Source: an uncultured Chloroflexia bacterium | GTDB taxonomy: Bacteria > Chloroflexota > Dehalococcoidia > SM23-28-2 > RBG-16-64-32 | Direction: 5' to 3' | Length of the DNA stretch: 64,000 nucleotides | Assembly: GCA_963717065.1 (NCBI GenBank) | Contig: CAVQVC010000001.1 | Location: 1,681,001 to 1,745,000 of the forward strand | Shown: positions 59,105 to 64,000 of the stretch, piece after piece | Numbering within the stretch: position 1 is the stretch's first letter | Layout of the letters: each line of letters opens with the position of its first letter | Position numbers and translations under genes: made by a program | The notes under the pieces: model-generated | The model's input: the letters and a program-made list of their open reading frames with translations, nothing else | What the model was told of the DNA's origin: nothing | Database searches by the model: none

Positions 59105-59530
59105 ATGTTGAATGTGCGATGGATCGCCCTGGGTGCCATTGCCCTGATAGCCATCGGCGCCGCCGCATGCTCCGATGATGACGACGACGCAACGCCAACC
59201 CCTTCCGTCTGCGACGAGAAGGAGGCGCTCGAGCAATCAGTCGAGAGCCTAACGAGCCTCGATGTCGTCGCCTCGGGTACTGATGGGCTGACCGCCGCGG
59301 TGGACCAGGTTAGGACAGACGCGCAAGCGTTGAAGGAGACTGCCTCTGACACCATCGCCCCGGATGTCGATGCGCTGACCGCAGCCATCGATGACGCGCA
59401 AGAAACGATCTCTGGAATCGACAGTGACGCGACGCTAAACGAGAGGATCGATGCCGTTCAGACTGCCCTGACTGGGATCGCCACCGCGACCTCTGATCTC
59501 AAGGACTCACTTCAGAACGAGTGCCCGTGA
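59105..59530 (+). CDS. acidic lipoprotein, paralog B
   Basis: Signal peptide with lipobox AAAC, followed by SDDDDD. Same layout as paralog A (PSVCDEK...; QNECP*). GAAGGAG RBS. Confidence 0.6.
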   Translation: MLNVRWIALGAIALIAIGAAACSDDDDDATPTPSVCDEKEALEQSVESLTSLDVVASGTDGLTAAVDQVRTDAQALKETASDTIAPDVDALTAAIDDAQETISGIDSDATLNERIDAVQTALTGIATATSDLKDSLQNECP

Positions 59531-59726
59531 AGGCGACGGAACCGAATAACCGCGAGCATGGCCTGTCCTGAGCTATGAGTGATGGAGCCAAGCAAAGTGG
59601 CGGTACTGGGGTCAACGATTCAAGTGCGCCGGAACGAGCGTCAGCCGTACTCACCGCCCTCATATATTGGTCGCGGCTGTCGCCAACCTGAGCCTATCGG
59701 TCCCGGCGAACGAAGAGAGGTGAACG

Positions 59727-62087
59727 ATGAAAGAGGACATTCAGCGCAGCGTCCTGCCCATCCCGGATAGGCAATACGTAGGACTGACAACATACGATGC
59801 CAAGGACCCCGACACGCAATTCCCACCGATCCGGGAGATCCGGCCGCCCGACGGAGCCCCAAATGTCCTCGTCATCCTGATCGACGACTGCGGCTTTGGG
59901 GCGTCGAGTGCGTTCGGCGGGCCGATCAATACACCGACCGCCGAGAGGCTGGCCGCGAACGGCCTGAAGTACAACCGTTTTCACACGACGGCCCTGTGCT
60001 CGCCAACGCGAGCGGCGCTGTTGAGCGGCCGGAATCACCACACCGTCGGAATGGGCGGTATCACCGAGATCGCGACGTCGGCGCCGGGATACAGCTCGCT
60101 GCGTCCGAACACCTGCGCTCCGCTGGCGGAGACGCTGAAGCTGAATGGCTACTCGACGGCGCAGTTCGGCAAGTGCCACGAGGTGCCGGTCTGGCAGACG
60201 AGCCCGATGGGGCCGTTCGACAACTGGCCCAGCGGCGGCGGCGGCTTCGAGTACTTCTACGGGTTCATCGGCGGTGAGACGAACCAGTACGCGCCGGCGC
60301 TCTACCACAACACTACGCCCGTCGAGCCGGACAGGACGCCGGAGGAAGGCTACCACCTTACGGAGGACCTGGCGGACCGTGCCATCGACTGGGTCCGCCA
60401 GCAGAAGGCGCTTATGCCCGACAAGCCGTTCTTTGCCTACTTCTCGCTGGGGGCGACACACGCGCCGCACCATGTCCATCCCGATTGGTCGGCGAAGTAC
60501 AAGGGGAAGTTCGACCAGGGCTGGGACAAGCTGCGCGATGAGACTTTCGCTCGCCAGAAGCAGAGTGGTGTGATCCCGCAGGACGCAGAGCTGACACCGC
60601 GGCCTGCCGAGATTCCAGGCTGGGATGCGATGCCCGACGACCTTAAGCCGGTGCTTGCTCGCCAGATGGAGGTTTACGCGGGGTTCCTGGAGCACACGGA
60701 CCACCACATCGGCCGCCTGATAGATGCCGTGGAGGACCTGGGCGTACTGGACGACACGCTGATCTACTACATCATCGGCGACAACGGCGCGTCGGCCGAG
60801 GGAACGGTCAATGGGACGTTCAACGAACTGCTCATGCTCAACGGCGCAATGGCGTTCGAGACTGTGGACTTCATGGCGGCGCGCGTTGACCTGTTCGGCA
60901 CACCGGCGGCCTACAACCACTACGCCGTCGGTTGGGCGCACGCGATGGACACGCCGTACCAATGGACCAAGCAGGTGGCCTCGCACTGGGGCGGCACCCG
61001 CAACGGCACGATCGTTCACTGGCCCGGGGGCATCAAGGCAAAGGGCGAGACACGAACGCAGTTCAGCCACGTAATCGACGTCGCCGCCACCGTGCTGGAT
61101 GTGACGGGCATCCCCGAGCCGACGTTCGTCCACGGAGTCCAGCAAATACCGCTTCACGGCAAGACCATGGTCCCAACATTCGACAACGGTACCGCTCCAG
61201 AGCATCGGGAGACACAGTACTTCGAGATGTTCGTCAACCGCGGCATCTACCACAAGGGGTGGACGGCGGTCACGCGGCACAGCACTCCCTGGGTCATCGC
61301 GGCGATGCCCGCGTTGGAGGATGACGTTTGGGAGCTGTACGGGCCGGACGACTGGACTCAGTCCAGGGATCTGTCGAAGGATCAGCCGGACAAGCTCCGC
61401 GACCTCCAGCGCCTGTTCTTGATAGAGGCCGCAAAGTACAATGTGCTGCCGCTGGATGACCGGCGCGTGGAACGCTTCAACGCCGACATGGCAGGCCGGC
61501 CTAATCTCATCAAGGGCAAGTCGCAGATCCTCTTCGGCGGGATGGGGCGACTGAGCGAGAACTCGGTGCTCATCACCAAGAACAAGTCGCACTCCGTAAC
61601 CGCTGAAATCGTCGTTCCCGAGGGCGGCGCCCAGGGCGTAATCGTCGCCCAGGGCGGCGCTTTCGGCGGCTGGAGTCTATACGCAAAGGACGGCAAGCCG
61701 GCGTATTGCTACAACCTGTTCGGCCTGCAGCGCTTCAAGATTGCCGGCGACGCGGTGATTCCGGCAGGGGAGCACCAGGTGCGGATGGAGTTCAAGTACG
61801 ACGGCGGCGGCCTGGCCAAGGGCGGCTCCGCGACTCTCTATCTCGATGCCAAGGAGGCCGGTTCCGGACGCATCGACGCCACGGTCCCAATGGTGTTCTC
61901 GGCCGACGAGACGACAGACCTCGGGAACGACAGTGGGACGCCAGTGGCCGACGACTATGGAACGCCCGCAGGGAAGTTCAACGGCCGTATCCGCTGGGTG
62001 CAGATAGACATCGATGAGGCGGCAGAGGATCTGGACCACCTGATCACGGCGGAGGAGCGTCTGAAGATCGCGATGGCTCGGCAATAG
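59727..62087 (+). CDS. arylsulfatase (formylglycine-dependent sulfatase family)
   Basis: VLVILIDDCGFGASSAFGG and the sulfatase signature TTALCSPTRAALLSGRNHH (CxPxR). 786 aa, matching the long arylsulfatase type. Confidence 0.9.
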   Translation: MKEDIQRSVLPIPDRQYVGLTTYDAKDPDTQFPPIREIRPPDGAPNVLVILIDDCGFGASSAFGGPINTPTAERLAANGLKYNRFHTTALCSPTRAALLSGRNHHTVGMGGITEIATSAPGYSSLRPNTCAPLAETLKLNGYSTAQFGKCHEVPVWQTSPMGPFDNWPSGGGGFEYFYGFIGGETNQYAPALYHNTTPVEPDRTPEEGYHLTEDLADRAIDWVRQQKALMPDKPFFAYFSLGATHAPHHVHPDWSAKYKGKFDQGWDKLRDETFARQKQSGVIPQDAELTPRPAEIPGWDAMPDDLKPVLARQMEVYAGFLEHTDHHIGRLIDAVEDLGVLDDTLIYYIIGDNGASAEGTVNGTFNELLMLNGAMAFETVDFMAARVDLFGTPAAYNHYAVGWAHAMDTPYQWTKQVASHWGGTRNGTIVHWPGGIKAKGETRTQFSHVIDVAATVLDVTGIPEPTFVHGVQQIPLHGKTMVPTFDNGTAPEHRETQYFEMFVNRGIYHKGWTAVTRHSTPWVIAAMPALEDDVWELYGPDDWTQSRDLSKDQPDKLRDLQRLFLIEAAKYNVLPLDDRRVERFNADMAGRPNLIKGKSQILFGGMGRLSENSVLITKNKSHSVTAEIVVPEGGAQGVIVAQGGAFGGWSLYAKDGKPAYCYNLFGLQRFKIAGDAVIPAGEHQVRMEFKYDGGGLAKGGSATLYLDAKEAGSGRIDATVPMVFSADETTDLGNDSGTPVADDYGTPAGKFNGRIRWVQIDIDEAAEDLDHLITAEERLKIAMARQ

Positions 62088-62098
62088 AGTGGTGGGTC

Positions 62099-62116
62099 GC
62101 AAGAACTACTTAGAAA
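62099..62116 (+). promoter_or_regulatory. 18-nt motif GCAAGAACTACTTAGAAA, copy 2
   Basis: See 58071-58088. It is followed at 62149-62166 by the imperfect palindrome TGTGGTGCGATGCTCACA, which resembles the 58121 palindrome. Confidence 0.35.
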
Positions 62117-62209
62117 CGTTCACAGAAACCGCATTGCACACTCCCGCCTGTGGTGCGATGCTCACAATCGGCAGAACAGAAGGTTCTTCCGAAGAAGGAG
62201 GTAGACGAG

Positions 62210-62941
62210 ATGGCTGACACAGCAATCGCCCTGGTAATAGCTGCATTTCAAGATGAGGGTGGCGCCGACGCAGCGCTGGCGGCACTGAAGCAGGCGAAAA
62301 AGGAGAAAGTTCTTCAGATCAAGGACGCCGCGGTCCTTCGCAAAGACGCGTCTGGAAAGCTGCACGTCAACGAGATTGGAGACATGACCGGAACGAAGGG
62401 CGCCGGTGTCGGTGTCGTCGTTGGGGCAGCATTGGGTATCCTGACCGGCGGCGCAACGTTGGCGCTTGCTGGCGTCGGCGCAGTGGCAGGTGGTCTCGCC
62501 GCCAAGCTGCGCGACTCCGGCTTCAAGGACGAGCGCCTGAAGAAGCTGGGCGAAGGATTGAAGCCGGGCAGTTCCGCCATCGTGGCTCTCATCGGCGACA
62601 AAGCCCTCGCTGGCGAGGCGCAGAGCGAGTTCCGGAAGTCCGGCGCCGCCGACGTGATCGTCGAGGAGATTTCAGCCGATATCGCCACGCAACTCGAGGC
62701 CGGGCGCGAAGTCGCCTACGGCGCAGCTGCGAGCGAGAAGGGTGTGGCCACGGGCAGAGTGGTCGCGGGCGAGGACGTTACGTCCATCGAGGGTATGGTT
62801 GCGACTGAGGACGCCATTGCAGGGGGCCGGGTTGTAGCAACTCCGGAAGGCGTGGCCGCAGAACGCTTCGCAGCCACCGATGAAGGGATTGAATACGAGG
62901 CCGGCGCTGCGATCAAGGAAGACGAAGAACAGCAGGCATAA
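62210..62941 (+). CDS. DUF1269-type membrane protein, paralog 2, with an extended Ala/Gly/Glu-rich C-terminus
   Basis: ALVIAAFQDEGGADAALAALKQAKKEKVLQIKDAAVLRKDASGKL, a Gly-zipper TM (GAGVGVVVGAALGILTGGATLALAGVGAVAGGLAA), and FKDERLKKLGEGLKPGSSAIVALI. GAAGGAGG RBS before ATG 62210. Confidence 0.75.
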   Translation: MADTAIALVIAAFQDEGGADAALAALKQAKKEKVLQIKDAAVLRKDASGKLHVNEIGDMTGTKGAGVGVVVGAALGILTGGATLALAGVGAVAGGLAAKLRDSGFKDERLKKLGEGLKPGSSAIVALIGDKALAGEAQSEFRKSGAADVIVEEISADIATQLEAGREVAYGAAASEKGVATGRVVAGEDVTSIEGMVATEDAIAGGRVVATPEGVAAERFAATDEGIEYEAGAAIKEDEEQQA

Positions 62942-63004
62942 TAGAACTGCTGGGGCTGGCTGCTACCGCGTCTAGTCACAGCCAAAAGAAGGGGAGTCGA
63001 TAAC

Positions 63005-63289
63005 ATGTGCCTGATGGCGATATTGCTCTTGGTCAGCGCTCGCCTTGCAGACGTAGTCTGGTGGATTCTCGAGCCGAACCGCTGGGAGGCCGCCTTCAAC
63101 GGCTCCTGGGTCTGGCCGGTCCTCGGAATAATTGCTTTACCGTGGACCACGCTGATGTGGGTTCTTGTCGCGCCGACTGGAAACCCGGTGGGCATTGATT
63201 GGTTTTGGTTGGGTCTGGCATTCTTCGGTGACCTCGCTTCCTATGGAAGCAGCGGCTACACCAACAGAGACCGCGTTCCCGGTTACTGA
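63005..63289 (+). CDS. hypothetical Trp-rich small membrane protein
   Basis: 94-aa ORF with 2-3 hydrophobic segments (VWPVLGIIALPWTTLMWVLVA; IDWFWLGLAFFGDL). AAGGGGAG RBS. Confidence 0.45.
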   Translation: MCLMAILLLVSARLADVVWWILEPNRWEAAFNGSWVWPVLGIIALPWTTLMWVLVAPTGNPVGIDWFWLGLAFFGDLASYGSSGYTNRDRVPGY

Positions 63290-63316
63290 TCCGACACTGA
63301 AAGGAGCCCCGAGGCA

Positions 63317-63610
63317 ATGGACCCACTACTGCTGACCACGTTCCTGGAGGTCGTGGCCTGGATCATGATCATGGGCTTCTGGGTGCTCGTCATCTGGATG
63401 TTCATCTTCATCTTCATGGACATCCTCAAGCGGCGAGATCTTTCCGGGCTTGGCAAAGCGGGCTGGATGTTCCTGATCTTCATCCTGCCTGTGATTGGTG
63501 TCCTCATCTACCTGGTAACCCGCCCGCGAGATGCAACACATAGCGACGATATTGGCGTGCTGGTTTCGCAAATGTCAGACCCGACACAAGGGGTCCCACG
63601 CGGGAGCTAA
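63317..63610 (+). CDS. PLDc_N-type 2-TM protein, paralog 2 (no SHOCT)
   Basis: FWVLVIWMFIFIFMDILKRRDLSGLGKAGWMFLIFILPVIGVLIYLVTRPRDA is nearly collinear with 58169..58540. Confidence 0.75.
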   Translation: MDPLLLTTFLEVVAWIMIMGFWVLVIWMFIFIFMDILKRRDLSGLGKAGWMFLIFILPVIGVLIYLVTRPRDATHSDDIGVLVSQMSDPTQGVPRGS

Positions 63611-63693
63611 TGTACCCGGATGATAGACTACGCCAAGGATACCGTGCCCCCTTGGAGAGATCGAACAACGGCAACGTCGAAGGAGGTAGATAG

Positions 63694-64000
63694 ATGGCAG
63701 AAATAGGACCGGTGGAATACATCGCCGTAGCCTTTCCAGGCAACAAGTTCACGGGTAACATCACACCGGCTTTGCAGGAGCTCGTGGACTCCGGCACGAT
63801 CCGAATCATCGACCTGGCGTTCGTGAGCAAGGATGCGGATGGGAACGTCCTTGCGATGGAGCTGGAGGAATTGGATTCAAACGCCGGAAAGGCTTTCCAG
63901 GCGTTGCAGCACGAGTTGGGGGACCTTATAAACGAGGCCGACCTCAAACAAATTGGAGCAGGGCTGGAGCCGAACTCCTCAGCGGCGATCCTGGTGTGGG
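63694..64000 (+). CDS. DUF6325-like protein, 5' part (runs off the window end)
   Basis: Own translation: MAEIGPVEYIAVAFPGNKFTGNITPALQELVDSGTIRIIDLAFVSKDADGNVLAMELEELD...SSAAILVW. GAAGGAGG RBS. Absent from the ORF track because there is no stop in the window. The family name is from recollection. Confidence 0.6.
   Translation, partial: MAEIGPVEYIAVAFPGNKFTGNITPALQELVDSGTIRIIDLAFVSKDADGNVLAMELEELDSNAGKAFQALQHELGDLINEADLKQIGAGLEPNSSAAILVW

Noticed and set aside
59694-61592. 632-aa minus-strand ORF
   Set aside because: It is antisense to the arylsulfatase, which has a clear CSPTR signature. It is Arg/Val/Leu-rich with no recognisable motif, as expected for a high-GC antisense frame.

Overview
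GC-rich (judged by eye, not computed), densely coding bacterial chromosome with a Chloroflexota/Actinomycetota-like gene repertoire. Content is mostly housekeeping and metabolic. Confident calls include gyrA, lon, a second Lon-like protease, thiL-tsaE-tsaB-ndk, mnmA, rsfS, scpB, mtaB, an ABC-F ATPase and two tandem tRNA-Ser genes. I see no rRNA, CRISPR array, transposase, integrase or recognisable defence system. The less ordinary parts are as follows. (1) At 56.2-64 kb there is a cluster of small membrane proteins built from recurring modules of unknown function (a DUF1269-type N-module three times, PLDc_N twice, one SHOCT), with two acidic lipoproteins, an arylsulfatase and a PAS-LuxR regulator; two intergenic motifs are shared within it. 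(2) A ~100-nt double-hairpin repeat occurs three times in one orientation around scpB, next to a 3 x 63-nt tandem repeat. (3) A ~40-nt element is shared upstream of an HTH-membrane operon and an MgtE-permease operon. (4) An orphan VWA gene has a central ~1 kb that changes reading frame about 17 times, and four other conserved genes carry single indels. This means either assembly error or gene decay, so all frameshift calls need read-level checking. (5) There are two LipJ-like alpha/beta-hydrolase/class III cyclase fusions with substituted catalytic positions. (6) An RCK K+ channel has a non-canonical TVGYRE filter. Many long ORFs in the supplied track are antisense or alternative-frame artefacts of high GC and were rejected.
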